Virus record (IMG/VR): IMGVR_UViG_3300021354_000450
Coordinates: 1 to 64,000 of that record
DNA length: 64,000 nucleotides
Source of the DNA: a virus
Reading direction: 5' to 3' (one strand)
The notes under the pieces are model-generated. The model was not told the origin of the DNA. It worked only from the letters and a program-made list of their open reading frames with translations, and ran no database searches. Below are positions 35,037 through 45,917 of the stretch, in pieces. Every line of letters starts with the position of its first letter. Positions within the stretch are counted from its first letter, which is position 1. A program made the translations under genes and the position numbers.

Positions 35037-35068
35037 AAAATTCCCCTTATAATTATTTTTAAAATCAA

Positions 35069-35097
35069 TTGACATAGTAATAGATTTATGGTATAAT
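35069..35097 (+). promoter_or_regulatory. sigma70-type promoter
   Basis: TTGACA-17-TATAAT with TG extension. Confidence 0.85.
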
Positions 35098-35253
35098 ACA
35101 TTATGAATACAGATTTTTCTAATACACAAACAGTTGTCATTGTAGAACCAAATTTTGCAATTGAGACCGTTTTAGACGATAAATTAGACTATACAGGTGC
35201 AAAACTGTTATCACATAGTCAAAAAAAGCTCATTTCAACATTAAAGGAAAAAA

Positions 35254-35991
35254 ATGAAAAACAAAGGTAAACTTCAAATTCCAATTCGTACTACACCACC
35301 TCAACCAAAATTAAACATTCCACAACAACCGCAAAGTCAACCAGTTCCTGCTCCTGCAACTGGTAAAACACCAAGTGTTATGATTTTAGTTCCAGCAATG
35401 GAAATGGTAAATGCAGAATTTGCACAACATCTAGCTATGGCGTGTGCGAATTTAGTTGCAAATGGTATTAAAATTAACTGCGCATTTAACATTGGTTCTG
35501 TTATAACTATTGCAAGACGAAATTTAACTGATATTTTTATGAACAGTGATTTTGATTATGCATGGTGGATTGATTCAGATATGAAATTTCCAATTGATAC
35601 TCCGATGAGATTATTACAAAGAGGAGTTCCATTAGTTGGTGCAAATTATCGTAGACGTCGTTTTCCAAATCCAGGATTTACTGGAATGAAGGGACAACCT
35701 GGAAATTTTACAGAATTGGTAACTGATGATAATAGTCCAGCAATGGAAGATGTTGATGTTTTACCACATGGTTGTGTAATGGTACACCGTTCAGTTTATG
35801 AGAAAACTCCTCAACCGCATTACTTACAAGATTTTGTTAAAGATTTAAACCTTGAAATTGGTGAAGATATTTACTTTTGTCGTAAAGCAAGAGATTCGGG
35901 ATTTCAAGTTTGGTGTGATCACGAATTAAGTAGAGAAATATCACACATTGGTATTTTTCATTTTAATTACAATCTTTCTGTTCCTCAGTAA
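35254..35991 (+). CDS. GT-A fold glycosyltransferase-like protein
   Basis: SVITIARRNL, WWIDSDMKF, GEDIYFC, WCDHELS..ISHIG. Confidence 0.75.
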   Translation: MKNKGKLQIPIRTTPPQPKLNIPQQPQSQPVPAPATGKTPSVMILVPAMEMVNAEFAQHLAMACANLVANGIKINCAFNIGSVITIARRNLTDIFMNSDFDYAWWIDSDMKFPIDTPMRLLQRGVPLVGANYRRRRFPNPGFTGMKGQPGNFTELVTDDNSPAMEDVDVLPHGCVMVHRSVYEKTPQPHYLQDFVKDLNLEIGEDIYFCRKARDSGFQVWCDHELSREISHIGIFHFNYNLSVPQ

Positions 35992-36009
35992 TTTAAACAA
36001 GGTATCGTA

Positions 36010-36174
36010 ATGAATTTTGAATCAGTAGAAGTACGCAAAGTTAAAAATGGTGTTGTAGTTGCATTACGCACCGAAGATGAAGATTCAGAGTATGTTTTTG
36101 ATACAAATCGTAAAGCTTTACGATTTGTTAAAGACTTACTTGATGGAAAACATAAAGTTGAAGATTTTGAATAA
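36010..36174 (+). CDS. Small hypothetical protein
   Basis: MNFESVEVRKVKNGVVV... with RBS AAGG; below the ORF-track cutoff. Confidence 0.6.
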   Translation: MNFESVEVRKVKNGVVVALRTEDEDSEYVFDTNRKALRFVKDLLDGKHKVEDFE

Positions 36175-36219
36175 TTAATCTTTTTGTTTATTTTACTGAT
36201 TTAATTTTAGGATTTAAAA

Positions 36220-36459
36220 ATGGCAGATGTAATAACTTATAACGATACATGTAAGATACGAATGAGTCAAAAATCAAGAGAATCGGATGCAGTAGTAACT
36301 GGTTTTAAAGAACATGATTACTTACATGTTATTGTTAATAAGTCTGTTAAAATTAGTTTAAAATGGAATGGCTCAGCATATGAAGGTCGTTCAGCAGGTA
36401 TGGACTTTGAAAGTGATGGTCCAACAATATCAAAAATAGTAACAGGATCGAGAAGATGA
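36220..36459 (+). CDS. Hypothetical protein
   Basis: ORF with RBS. Confidence 0.7.
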   Translation: MADVITYNDTCKIRMSQKSRESDAVVTGFKEHDYLHVIVNKSVKISLKWNGSAYEGRSAGMDFESDGPTISKIVTGSRR

Positions 36460-36695
36460 CAAAGAAGAAAATTGAAATAAAAGTTGAATTCATTCCTGGA
36501 TGTTTTGATGACTTTGAAGGTACTCCGGAAGAATTAGAAAATTTAATTGCTGAAATTAATCGTATGGCTCAAAGCGGTGAACTTCAAAAAAAAGCTCGTC
36601 CTATTGACATGAGAGATCCAGATCAGTTTGATATTGAAGTAATGACTCGTTTGATCAATCATGAACTTCAAGAAACTCAAAAGAAATTTGAGTAA
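36456..36695 (+). CDS. Hypothetical protein
   Basis: Translationally coupled ORF. Confidence 0.7.
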   Translation: MTKKKIEIKVEFIPGCFDDFEGTPEELENLIAEINRMAQSGELQKKARPIDMRDPDQFDIEVMTRLINHELQETQKKFE

Positions 36696-36879
36696 TGCAT
36701 AGTTTAACAGAGCTTAAAAAACTCTTAGAACAAAAGTTTGAAATAATAAAATTTGATGGCATGTATATGTATACAATACATGGAAAATGGAGCATGACAT
36801 TAGATGAATATCGATTAAATGGTTTTGTTATTTCACGTGAAGATATTAAAAAATTACTATAAATTTAATTAGAGGAATA

Positions 36880-37677
36880 ATGGCTTATCACATCAATTAT
36901 TGGTCATGCTCAACGTTTGCAGACTGTCTTAGAGGTACAAAAAAACTTAGTTATGGAACTTCTGAAGAATGGGAAAAATGGAGAATCTCTGCAAAAATTT
37001 CACATCCATTTAGATATTGGATTTCTGAAACAGGATTAGACAAATTACAAGATTTTGTAACATGGCCTGTAAGAACAATTTATGGTATTAAATATTATAT
37101 TATAAATCGTTGGTTTATACAAACTCATAATCTAACTGCAAGTTCAAAACATTTACCACGTGGTAAATGGCGTGATGTCGGTGATCGTTTTCTTCCTTGT
37201 TTGTTTAACGAATTAGTTGATTTTGTTGAAATTGAATTAGCTTCACATGAAATTGCATGGAATAAAAAGTTTAATAAAAAATATAAAGTTTCTTTTTGGT
37301 CAAACAGATGTAAACAGGCAGGATTAGATAGTTTAGAATGGCAACGTAAACTTGTTTGGGATGAAGATAAAGAAACGGGAAAACTTTCACCACAAGCTGT
37401 TGATGCACAAGAAATATTTGATCTTTATACATGGTGGACTGAAAATTATCCACGTCGACCTGATCCTATGGAAGAAAGTGGGTGGAGTGATTACTGTGAT
37501 AAGATGAGAAAAAAATACGGTGAGAATCTTTCATGGTTTAATAAAAATACACCTGAAGAAAAAATTATCTCAGATAATGCAACCAAACTTATGCATATTA
37601 TAGAAGATGATTACAGACAAGAAGATGAAGATATGTTAATTCGATTGATTCGTATTAGAGAAAGACTTTGGACATAA
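36880..37677 (+). CDS. Hypothetical phage protein (Trp-rich)
   Basis: 265 aa with RBS AGAGGA. Confidence 0.8.
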   Translation: MAYHINYWSCSTFADCLRGTKKLSYGTSEEWEKWRISAKISHPFRYWISETGLDKLQDFVTWPVRTIYGIKYYIINRWFIQTHNLTASSKHLPRGKWRDVGDRFLPCLFNELVDFVEIELASHEIAWNKKFNKKYKVSFWSNRCKQAGLDSLEWQRKLVWDEDKETGKLSPQAVDAQEIFDLYTWWTENYPRRPDPMEESGWSDYCDKMRKKYGENLSWFNKNTPEEKIISDNATKLMHIIEDDYRQEDEDMLIRLIRIRERLWT

Positions 37678-37690
37678 CTAGGAAAATAAC

Positions 37691-37876
37691 ATGTTAATAA
37701 AATTATCAAAAGTAAATGATTCTTTTACCATTAATCGATACGATAATGGTTGGATGGTTGAAATCGGCGGGCGAGATAAAAGTGGTGAATGGGCAACTAC
37801 TAAACTATTGTGTAACACAGAAAACGACTTAATTGAAATAATTAAAGAATACAACCAAACACCTATTGATTCGTAA
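37691..37876 (+). CDS. Hypothetical protein
   Basis: ORF with RBS. Confidence 0.65.
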   Translation: MLIKLSKVNDSFTINRYDNGWMVEIGGRDKSGEWATTKLLCNTENDLIEIIKEYNQTPIDS

Positions 37877-37879
37877 ATT

Positions 37880-38407
37880 ATGACAGAAATAAGTAAAAGT
37901 GAAAAAATAAACACCTTCCTTAAAGAATCATTTATTAAACGTGCAGAAGAAGCAGGACAACAACCTGCTAGTGAATATATCGAAATGTGGGATGATTGGG
38001 ATTCACTTCTAAATGAAAAAGAAAATGATCCTAAATGGAAAGAAAATAACTTAGAACATGATCTGCGAAGCACAAATTGGATTTTAGAAAAAGTTCGTGC
38101 TAGTGAAGGTTATGCTCAAAATCTTTATGCGGCAATGTGTAATATGCGTTTTTGCAAATTATCAAAAGACAATACATTTAATATCCTAAAAGATGAATTA
38201 TGGTCTTGCAGTTGGAGAAGTTCAGGCGGTATTATTGCTAATATGCGTCAAGAAGGCGATTATATTGATTGGTATTGTAGCGGAATGGGCGAAAAAACAG
38301 AAGGTGATATGTCAGTTTCAGAAGGAATTATAACTGACGAAATTAAGGAAGATCTTTTAAAACTTGGATGGATGCCAGTTCCTTGGCCGGAAGATAATTT
38401 AATTTAA
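37880..38407 (+). CDS. Hypothetical phage protein
   Basis: YAQNLYAAMCN...WSCSWRSSGGIIA...GDYIDWYCSG. Confidence 0.8.
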   Translation: MTEISKSEKINTFLKESFIKRAEEAGQQPASEYIEMWDDWDSLLNEKENDPKWKENNLEHDLRSTNWILEKVRASEGYAQNLYAAMCNMRFCKLSKDNTFNILKDELWSCSWRSSGGIIANMRQEGDYIDWYCSGMGEKTEGDMSVSEGIITDEIKEDLLKLGWMPVPWPEDNLI

Positions 38408-38409
38408 GG

Positions 38410-38438
38410 TTGACAAAACCATCAAGTGACTGTATAAT
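38410..38438 (+). promoter_or_regulatory. sigma70-type promoter
   Basis: TTGACA-17-TATAAT. Confidence 0.85.
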
Positions 38439-38468
38439 AACTACATACACTAAAAGAAAGGAGTTAAT

Positions 38469-39668
38469 ATGGCAGTTTTAAAAGCAAAAGCAAAAAAATC
38501 CCCTGCAAAACGCATCACAAGTCAAACTATCCGTGAAAACAGAACAAAAGATAACAGTCCAAAATGGGATGATATAGAAAATCTTTCTGAATTTGACTTT
38601 AACAAAAAGTTTCGAGATGCAATGGACTGGTATCGTTTAGACTGTCCTGATAAATCATTAAAACCAAAAGTTATCGAATGGATGGAAAAAGTTGAATACG
38701 AAAAATCAACAATTCAAACATTTAAAGAAACAAAAGACAACCGTTGCAGTCAAACAATTGGTGCTGTTGCGGCATGTTTATTAAAAGGTATGCCAGCACA
38801 ACGTCAAGGATTTAATCAAGGACGAAATTCAGAAGATTGGCTGAAAGAAAAAATTGAAGAAATTATCAAAGACGGAAAAAATGATATTAATGATTCTGAA
38901 GAAGAAACTACAAAAAAGAAAATTGATGCTCCGGTTGTAACAATTCAAGATCGTGTACGTGAATCAGCATGTCAAATGACTGAAGACATTGAAAATGTTA
39001 TCGATCAATGGATCATTGATAAAGAAAAGTTTGATCCAAAAGCATTTAAGATTGCAGGTTTATTACGTGGCAAAAGTGTTAAAGCTGCTCATGCACGTAT
39101 TATTAAAGGGTTTTATGAAACTTCACTTGCGGAATTTACAGAAGTTTTAACTAAAGAATGTGAAGAACAACTTGCTGAAGCATATAATCATGTGAGTAAG
39201 AAAAATCTCAAAAAGATGCATGATTTTTTAATTAGTTTAATGGCAGCTTGTGACCAAATTATTGACGAAGCAAAATTAACTAAAAAGAAAAAAGTTGTTC
39301 CTGCAGATAAACTTGTTGCTAAACTTAAATTTAAAGTAACAGATGATAAGTTAAATGTTGCTTCAGTACCTCCTGTACAACTTATCGGTGCTCAGGCTTG
39401 TGTAGTTTATAACACAAAAACACGAAAGATCGGGTTTTATTACTCGTCAAATATTTCAGGACTTACTGTTAAAGGTTCAAGTATTTCAAACTTTACAGAA
39501 ATGTCAAAACAAAAGACATTACGTAAACCAGAAATACAATTACGCGATTTTAAAGAACAAAATACACAGAAAAAAGCTGAAACATGGATTAAGAATATTA
39601 AATCAACTGAAATTTTACTTACTGGTCGATTAAACGAAGATACTATGATATTAAAGGTGTTTAAATGA
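38469..39668 (+). CDS. Hypothetical phage protein (Lys-rich, 399 aa)
   Basis: RBS GGAG; KQKTLRKPE and GRLNEDTMILKVF near the C-terminus. Confidence 0.85.
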   Translation: MAVLKAKAKKSPAKRITSQTIRENRTKDNSPKWDDIENLSEFDFNKKFRDAMDWYRLDCPDKSLKPKVIEWMEKVEYEKSTIQTFKETKDNRCSQTIGAVAACLLKGMPAQRQGFNQGRNSEDWLKEKIEEIIKDGKNDINDSEEETTKKKIDAPVVTIQDRVRESACQMTEDIENVIDQWIIDKEKFDPKAFKIAGLLRGKSVKAAHARIIKGFYETSLAEFTEVLTKECEEQLAEAYNHVSKKNLKKMHDFLISLMAACDQIIDEAKLTKKKKVVPADKLVAKLKFKVTDDKLNVASVPPVQLIGAQACVVYNTKTRKIGFYYSSNISGLTVKGSSISNFTEMSKQKTLRKPEIQLRDFKEQNTQKKAETWIKNIKSTEILLTGRLNEDTMILKVFK

Positions 39669-39837
39669 GTTTAAAACAACGATGGATTAACTTTAATAAC
39701 TGGTTAGATCCAAGATGTGGTGTTCATATTTTGTGGTTAATGCCTGTGTTTTACATAATTGTAGTTTTTGAGTTTTTTGAAGAAATTGTTTTTAGATTTG
39801 TAAAACGTAAAACACAAGATAATATTGAATGGTAAAA

Positions 39838-40083
39838 ATGAATAAACAGATTAAAGAGCTTGCAAGACAAGCAGGAATGAAACCACAAGCCGATCTTAAT
39901 AATAAATTTGGATTAGATGAAAATTTAAACCCATTTAATGCTCAAGGGTTTATGTTAGAAGAATTTGCAAATTTAATAGTTCGAGAATGTATCGGAACAA
40001 TATCTAAAAGATATTCTGGACCAATTCCAGATGAAGTTAGACAAGCATTACATAACTTACAAGCTCAGTTTGGAGTAAATTAA
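39838..40083 (+). CDS. Hypothetical protein
   Basis: MNKQIKELARQAG...EEFANLIVREC. Confidence 0.65.
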   Translation: MNKQIKELARQAGMKPQADLNNKFGLDENLNPFNAQGFMLEEFANLIVRECIGTISKRYSGPIPDEVRQALHNLQAQFGVN

Positions 40084-40343
40084 TGAAATTATGGTATTTT
40101 ATAAAATGGTGTTTTGTTAATGTCGCATATTCAATACTAAAGTTTAAATTTTGGCAATGGGCAAATATTGTTTCTGGGTTTTGGTTTGGTTGGGCAATTT
40201 TTGGGGATAAAGAAGATACTAAACATTGGTTAATAGCTATGTTGGTATTTTGGGGGTGTGCGGCAATCTTTACCGGAATAAGATATTTTTGGCGTAAATT
40301 TAACGAAGAACAACAATCGATTATTAACACTTTGAAAAAGTAA
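40083..40343 (+). CDS. Small membrane protein
   Basis: Two hydrophobic helices. Confidence 0.65.
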   Translation: MKLWYFIKWCFVNVAYSILKFKFWQWANIVSGFWFGWAIFGDKEDTKHWLIAMLVFWGCAAIFTGIRYFWRKFNEEQQSIINTLKK

Positions 40344-40811
40344 ATGAAAAAAACATATTACGAAAAAATTGGAAGAAAATATGTTCCTATCAGTGAATAT
40401 GACAGCGATTTTATGAATAGTTTTCCAGATGGATCTCATCTTGTTATAGTTAGACCCGGATGTACTTCACGCAAATATAAAATCGATCCTGACTATGCTT
40501 CTTTAGTTGCTGCCGGAGTTGTTGCAGAGGATGCTATTTGTAAAGCACTTATTAATGGAAGTAGTATCCGAAGAAAGAATTCAAATACTCCACTTACTGA
40601 TGAACAGAAAGAAGCTTGGGAAAGATTAATTGACCTATTTGGAGATGAAGCAAAATCATTAGAATGGCCAAGTGCAAAAGATATTGCTGAAACAGCAATT
40701 TTTTCAATGATTAAAGAATCTGAAAAATTGTACGCAAATCCTATTGTTAAAAAAGCATACGACCATTTTTTATTAATGTGTAAACTAACTAAAGAAGAAT
40801 CACTTGATTAA
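40344..40811 (+). CDS. Hypothetical protein
   Basis: 155 aa in operon. Confidence 0.75.
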   Translation: MKKTYYEKIGRKYVPISEYDSDFMNSFPDGSHLVIVRPGCTSRKYKIDPDYASLVAAGVVAEDAICKALINGSSIRRKNSNTPLTDEQKEAWERLIDLFGDEAKSLEWPSAKDIAETAIFSMIKESEKLYANPIVKKAYDHFLLMCKLTKEESLD

Positions 40812-40974
40812 ATATCGCACAATTATAATAATGTTATTTACTTACTTGATAAGTGTATATTTTGGATTTTATTATTTTTTTCAAACGCATCATTTGGATT
40901 TAATGTCGATTGTATTTGGCATTGTTTCTATGTTATACTTACTTTCAGTTGTACTTTTTTAATAGGAAAATAAA

Positions 40975-41259
40975 GTGTTTTGGAACAAAGACAAAGATAA
41001 AGAAAAAGTTAAAAAAGAAGATAATGTTATTCCTTTTAAACCTAAACTTGTTAAATTACCTAAACCTACTGATAATTTTAAAGAAGATATTAAACAAGAT
41101 CCTCCAGTTTACCAAATTGGTAAAACAGAAGATGGACGAACATCATTTGTGATTGGTAATCCTTATTATAATGCAACACTTTACTTAACAGATTATGGTG
41201 TTAGAAGTCTTATACGGTTATTAGAAGCATCAATTGATCCTAATGAGGATGATGAATGA
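40975..41259 (+). CDS. Hypothetical protein
   Basis: RBS AGGA, GTG start. Confidence 0.65.
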   Translation: MFWNKDKDKEKVKKEDNVIPFKPKLVKLPKPTDNFKEDIKQDPPVYQIGKTEDGRTSFVIGNPYYNATLYLTDYGVRSLIRLLEASIDPNEDDE

Positions 41260-41477
41260 TAACAGCTAAAGATCTCGAAGAAATGGAACAAGATCTTATT
41301 GAAATTGATCGTGATAATTTAATTGAACTTTTTCAACTTAGAGATGAACTTAATCAAATTAACGAAGGAACACGTATTGTTTTACCAAAAAGTAGTGATC
41401 ATGCTAAGTTTATGCTACTTGTTGCAATGAATTATCTAGGACTTAGCACATCAAATGAACCAGTTACTTATCATTAA
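41256..41477 (+). CDS. Hypothetical protein
   Basis: Coupled ORF. Confidence 0.6.
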   Translation: MITAKDLEEMEQDLIEIDRDNLIELFQLRDELNQINEGTRIVLPKSSDHAKFMLLVAMNYLGLSTSNEPVTYH

Positions 41478-41488
41478 AAGAGGAAATT

Positions 41489-41674
41489 ATGTCATTAAAA
41501 GTTAGTAATAAAAATAGAAAGAAAAAAGTTAAGTATGATACTATTTTAAATCCTGTTCAATCAAACGTAACCTTTGACTTTAGTGAAAAACCAAAATATC
41601 CGCCACTTCTTTCTTTTCAAGTTATTTTACCATTAATTGGTTTTTTATTCGTTTTAAGTTTGTTTTTTGTTTAA
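41489..41674 (+). CDS. Small membrane-anchored protein
   Basis: RBS AGAGGA; C-terminal TM. Confidence 0.6.
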   Translation: MSLKVSNKNRKKKVKYDTILNPVQSNVTFDFSEKPKYPPLLSFQVILPLIGFLFVLSLFFV

Positions 41675-41676
41675 AT

Positions 41677-41859
41677 ATGAGTGGACGTGGGATAATTGCA
41701 ACAGAACCAGAGCAGTTTTGTGAAGTTTGTGGTATTCTTGCAGAATGTCGTCCGTATGGGCCAAACGATGAACAAATTTGCTTTGACTGTGCAATGAAAG
41801 ACGAAGAAACAACTCATCGTAAAATGGTCAAATATATTTTTGGAGATAACGATGATTGA
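41677..41859 (+). CDS. Small zinc-ribbon protein
   Basis: CEVCG...CFDC. Confidence 0.65.
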   Translation: MSGRGIIATEPEQFCEVCGILAECRPYGPNDEQICFDCAMKDEETTHRKMVKYIFGDNDD

Positions 41860-42091
41860 AAGTATTATAGGGTTAATGTTTGTTTTTTTTGTACCTACAA
41901 TGGTAATGTTGTTTTTTGTTTATGAAAATTACATTGTTTATAAACATAATAAGCATTATAAAGAAATTGATGAAAAACGTAAAAAAGAACGAGATGAATG
42001 GTTTGATCACATTCAAGATCATGTTGAACAAAGAATTATCAATTTTGAACGTTTGAAAGAAATGTCAACTCACACTTCGGTAACAAAATAG
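41852..42091 (+). CDS. Small membrane-anchored protein
   Basis: N-terminal TM. Confidence 0.55.
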   Translation: MIESIIGLMFVFFVPTMVMLFFVYENYIVYKHNKHYKEIDEKRKKERDEWFDHIQDHVEQRIINFERLKEMSTHTSVTK

Positions 42092-42120
42092 TTGCACTAT
42101 TCCTTATATAGTGTTATAAT
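42092..42120 (+). promoter_or_regulatory. sigma70-type promoter
   Basis: TTGCAC-17-TATAAT with TG extension. Confidence 0.7.
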
Positions 42121-42146
42121 ATTAATTTTACAACAATTGAAACAAT

Positions 42147-42551
42147 ATGAAAATAGGTTTATCATATTCACGATGCGTTAGAGACATTGTTTTAGGTGTA
42201 GTTGATATTAAAGATGTTTTGGTTATTATAGGCCGCACTAATTTTAATCCAAAAATTTTAGAAGAATGGGAAGATATTTGGACTTATTATACCTCAAGAC
42301 ATATCGAATGGGGTGATCTTTTAATTTATAAAGACGATGTTAGACAAGTTAGTATTGCATTGTGGGAACAAGGTAAATTTCACCAACCTCGTAAATATGG
42401 TTCACATTCTCATCGCCGACCTGAAATTTGGCTAGAAACGGTATTGCCAAATAGTGAACTGGAAAATAATACAGCCGCTAAGAAAGCATGGGATGATTTT
42501 CAAATAATTGCTGGACTTACCAGTGTAACCCTCGATAAGGAGTACCAATGA
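42147..42551 (+). CDS. Hypothetical phage protein
   Basis: MKIGLSYSRCVRDI...GKFHQPR. Confidence 0.75.
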   Translation: MKIGLSYSRCVRDIVLGVVDIKDVLVIIGRTNFNPKILEEWEDIWTYYTSRHIEWGDLLIYKDDVRQVSIALWEQGKFHQPRKYGSHSHRRPEIWLETVLPNSELENNTAAKKAWDDFQIIAGLTSVTLDKEYQ

Positions 42552-43060
42552 TTAGTTTAAAAGAATGGATGGAACTTGTTGACTTTCGTATTACTGACGG
42601 TAGTGACTTTTGTTGGCATTGTTTTGGCGATGATGCTTATACATTAGATAGCTGGAATGGTGATAATGAAACAGGACATAGTTTAAGCATCTGTTTTGAT
42701 ACCAAAACACAAGAAGTTTATCAAGTTGATATCAATGATTATAAAAATCAACGTGCATATCGTTTAATAAATCCAAAATATGTTTCAAAATATCAACAAG
42801 AAGCTACTAATCGTAATATCCGAGTGAATGGAGCTTGGGATGATATTGACTATGTTGATCTTGAAATCGATGCTGATTTAATTGAAAAAGGTAAAGCAGT
42901 TATTGCTGGAAAAGAGTATGATACAAATGTGCAAATTCAAATTGAATTTACAGATGAAGAGTTATTAACATATATGAAAATGGCACATTCAATGAACATT
43001 ACTTTTAATAATTTTGTTGAAAATGCATTACAACACGCAATAAAAGAAGGAAAAATTTAA
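42548..43060 (+). CDS. Hypothetical protein, possible C-terminal ribbon-helix-helix
   Basis: [19 protein letters not shown] tail. Confidence 0.7.
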   Translation: MISLKEWMELVDFRITDGSDFCWHCFGDDAYTLDSWNGDNETGHSLSICFDTKTQEVYQVDINDYKNQRAYRLINPKYVSKYQQEATNRNIRVNGAWDDIDYVDLEIDADLIEKGKAVIAGKEYDTNVQIQIEFTDEELLTYMKMAHSMNITFNNFVENALQHAIKEGKI

Positions 43061-43659
43061 TGCTAGTACCTATGGTGGTTGAAAAAACAAGTGGTGGAGA
43101 ACGTGCTTATGACATATATTCAAGATTACTTAAAGAACGAATTGTATTTTTAAATGGACCGGTTGATGATAACTCTGCAAATTTAATTGTAGCACAATTA
43201 TTATTTTTAGAATCAGAAGATTCTGACAAGGATATTAACTTTTATATAAACAGTCCTGGCGGTGTTATTACATCTGGTATGAGCATTTATGATGTAATGC
43301 AGTTTGTTAAATGTGATGTTGCAACTTATGTTATGGGACAGGCTTGTAGTATGGGGAGTTTCTTAGCACAAGCAGGTACTCCAGGAAAACGCTTTATGCT
43401 TCCATATGCACGTCATATGATTCATCAACCTAGTGGCGGTGCTGGTGGTAAACAAAGCGATATTGAGATTCAATATAAAGAAATTACTAAAATGAAAACA
43501 ATGCTTACTGAATTGTATGTTCATCACAACACCGCAGGCAAAACATATGAAGACTTTGCCCGAGATATGGATCGTGATACTTTTATGAGTGCTCAAGAGG
43601 CACTTGAATATGGTTTAGTTGATATTATAGTTGATAAACGCCCAACAGAACTATTGTAG
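43060..43659 (+). CDS. clpP: ATP-dependent Clp protease proteolytic subunit
   Basis: [36 protein letters not shown]. Confidence 0.97.
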   Translation: MLVPMVVEKTSGGERAYDIYSRLLKERIVFLNGPVDDNSANLIVAQLLFLESEDSDKDINFYINSPGGVITSGMSIYDVMQFVKCDVATYVMGQACSMGSFLAQAGTPGKRFMLPYARHMIHQPSGGAGGKQSDIEIQYKEITKMKTMLTELYVHHNTAGKTYEDFARDMDRDTFMSAQEALEYGLVDIIVDKRPTELL

Positions 43660-43730
43660 TATAGCTTAATTTGTACCTTTGAGGTGATAATTACATATGT
43701 TGTTGCTTAATCAACATCTCAAAGGTTCCA

Positions 43731-44060
43731 ATGAATTCGAATAAATTAAAAATACATATTGAAAAATTAAATGAGATAAGCAATCAAAGGAAAGGATGGT
43801 TATTCTTTAGTTTTTTTGTATCTATTTCAATAATAGGAATTATTTTTGGTTGGAATTTAATTCACGAAAATCAATTTTTTTGGATTCTTACTTGTTTAGG
43901 TTTATTAATTTCAATGATTTGGTGGTATTGGACTATAAAGGTACTTCGTCATTTACTTGAACACAAGAAAATGGAATCTGAGATCTTAGGAGAAATAATT
44001 GAAGAAATCCGTAAGATTAAAGATGATGTTAGAAAACCTCCTTATATAAAACTTGACTAA
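43731..44060 (+). CDS. Two-TM membrane protein
   Basis: Two hydrophobic helices and a coiled-coil tail. Confidence 0.65.
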   Translation: MNSNKLKIHIEKLNEISNQRKGWLFFSFFVSISIIGIIFGWNLIHENQFFWILTCLGLLISMIWWYWTIKVLRHLLEHKKMESEILGEIIEEIRKIKDDVRKPPYIKLD

Positions 44061-44122
44061 ATGAATAATCCCTGCTATACTATTCGTTTAGTATTTCTTT
44101 TTTAAATTTATAGGTAAACAAA

Positions 44123-44674
44123 ATGACTTGGATCATTGACAAAACTTTTGAATTTTGTTATGGACACAGAGTTCATACACAGACGCTTAATGGTGAATAT
44201 GCTGACGATTTAAAATGTGCATGTCGTCATCTTCACGGGCACGAAGGAAAAATGCAGGTGTTTTTATCTGCACCTATTTTAGACAATACAGGAATGGTTA
44301 CTGACTTTAGACATTTAGAATGGCTAAAGCAATGGATTAACAAATATATTGATCATCAATTCGTAATTGACAAAAATGATCCGTTATATCCTCAATTAAT
44401 TGGTAATAGAAATTTAATTCCTGTACTTGTACCAGGTACTGAGCATGTTGCAGGTTATCACTTAGATTTGAGCGATCTGCAAGAAAAGACTCCTGAATAC
44501 GAATATTTTGAAGGATTTTTAATTGTTGATTTTGTTCCAACAAGTGAACAATTATCAAAATGGATGGCTGAACTTGTGCAAGTAAAAATGTCTAAGTTAG
44601 GCGTAACTGTTCAACGAATTGAATGGTGGGAAACTCCAAAATCAAGAGCTGTTTATTACAGAAATGGTTTATAA
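44123..44674 (+). CDS. queD: 6-carboxytetrahydropterin synthase (QueD family)
   Basis: FCYGHRV, CRHLHGH, GMVTDF, DH, PTSE, WETP. Confidence 0.88.
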   Translation: MTWIIDKTFEFCYGHRVHTQTLNGEYADDLKCACRHLHGHEGKMQVFLSAPILDNTGMVTDFRHLEWLKQWINKYIDHQFVIDKNDPLYPQLIGNRNLIPVLVPGTEHVAGYHLDLSDLQEKTPEYEYFEGFLIVDFVPTSEQLSKWMAELVQVKMSKLGVTVQRIEWWETPKSRAVYYRNGL

Positions 44675-44722
44675 ATTACAAATTGTAGTTGTAAATTTTT
44701 ACCAGTAGTGTTATAATATCTT

Positions 44723-44890
44723 ATGAAAACATATACTTCAACGTTAGAAACAGATCCTAATACAGGTGAATTAATGTTGCCTATTCCATCTGAACTTTTA
44801 GAAAATTTAGGATGGAATGAAGGTGATACAATAATTTTTTCTTTTTTAGATAACGAAACTATAACACTACGTAAAAAAACTAATGAATAA
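44723..44890 (+). CDS. AbrB/MazE/SpoVT-like small DNA-binding protein
   Basis: GELMLPIPSELLENLGWNEGDTI; own promoter TTGTAA-17-TATAAT. Confidence 0.7.
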   Translation: MKTYTSTLETDPNTGELMLPIPSELLENLGWNEGDTIIFSFLDNETITLRKKTNE

Positions 44891-45917
44891 TATTAAACGC
44901 CTCGGATTTGCATGTAAATGGATTGATGGACCAAGTCAAATTAACGGAATAAAACAAACTGATACTGCAAAAAAATACAATACCGGTACTACAACTGTTG
45001 CATGGCTTAAACGTCAATCTAAAGATGTTGCAGAACAAAAGCTTTGGGATTTAATAACTGATAATGTTGAAGCAACTCGTAAATTAATTGAAAAAGTTGG
45101 TAAATTAGATGATCATCTCCGTATGGTTCGCATTAGTAGCGACATTCTTCCTGTTTACACTCATAATGATTGGTCTTATTTTTATCGTAAGACAGATGTG
45201 TTGGCATTACTTCAACAAAAATTCAACACTGTTGGAGATATTGCTCGCAATAGTAACGTCCGTTTGTCTTTTCACCCTGGTCAATTTTGTGTATTGGCAA
45301 GTGATCGCCCTGAAGTAGTTGAACGTTCGATTGAAGAATTTGAATATCATGTTGATATGGCCCGCTGGATGGGATATGGAAAAACTTTTCAAGATATGAA
45401 AATAAATGTGCATATTGCCGGAAAAGCTGGTCCTCAAGGTTTTCTTAATACTTTAAAAAGACTATCTCCAGAAGCAAGAAATACAATTACTATCGAAAAT
45501 GAAGAAATGAAACACGGTTTAGATGATTGCCTAAGCATCGCTGATCATATACCAGTTGTACTTGATATTCATCATCATTGGATAAGAGAAGGAGAATATA
45601 TTTCTCCAGAAGATGATCGTGTTAAACGTGTTATAGAAAGTTGGCGTGGTGTTAGACCTACATGCCATTTTAGTGTTTCACGTGAAGACATTCTTGTTGG
45701 GCATGATCCTTATACTGCACCAAATCATTCGCAACTGTTGTTAGACGGATATAAAAAAGGAAAACTTAGAGCACATTCAAATTTTTACTGGAATAAACCA
45801 GTTAATAAATGGGCACTAAGTTTTCTTAAAACACATGATATTATGTGTGAGTCAAAAGCAAAAAATCTTGCTAGTTTTGCTCTTGCTGAACAAGCAAAAG
45901 TTCTTACTTTGCTTTAG
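44883..45917 (+). CDS. uvsE: UV damage endonuclease UvsE
   Basis: RLGFACK, RISSDILP, RLSFHPGQF, IENEE, LDIHHH, RAHS, MCESKAK. Confidence 0.93.
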   Translation: MNNIKRLGFACKWIDGPSQINGIKQTDTAKKYNTGTTTVAWLKRQSKDVAEQKLWDLITDNVEATRKLIEKVGKLDDHLRMVRISSDILPVYTHNDWSYFYRKTDVLALLQQKFNTVGDIARNSNVRLSFHPGQFCVLASDRPEVVERSIEEFEYHVDMARWMGYGKTFQDMKINVHIAGKAGPQGFLNTLKRLSPEARNTITIENEEMKHGLDDCLSIADHIPVVLDIHHHWIREGEYISPEDDRVKRVIESWRGVRPTCHFSVSREDILVGHDPYTAPNHSQLLLDGYKKGKLRAHSNFYWNKPVNKWALSFLKTHDIMCESKAKNLASFALAEQAKVLTLL

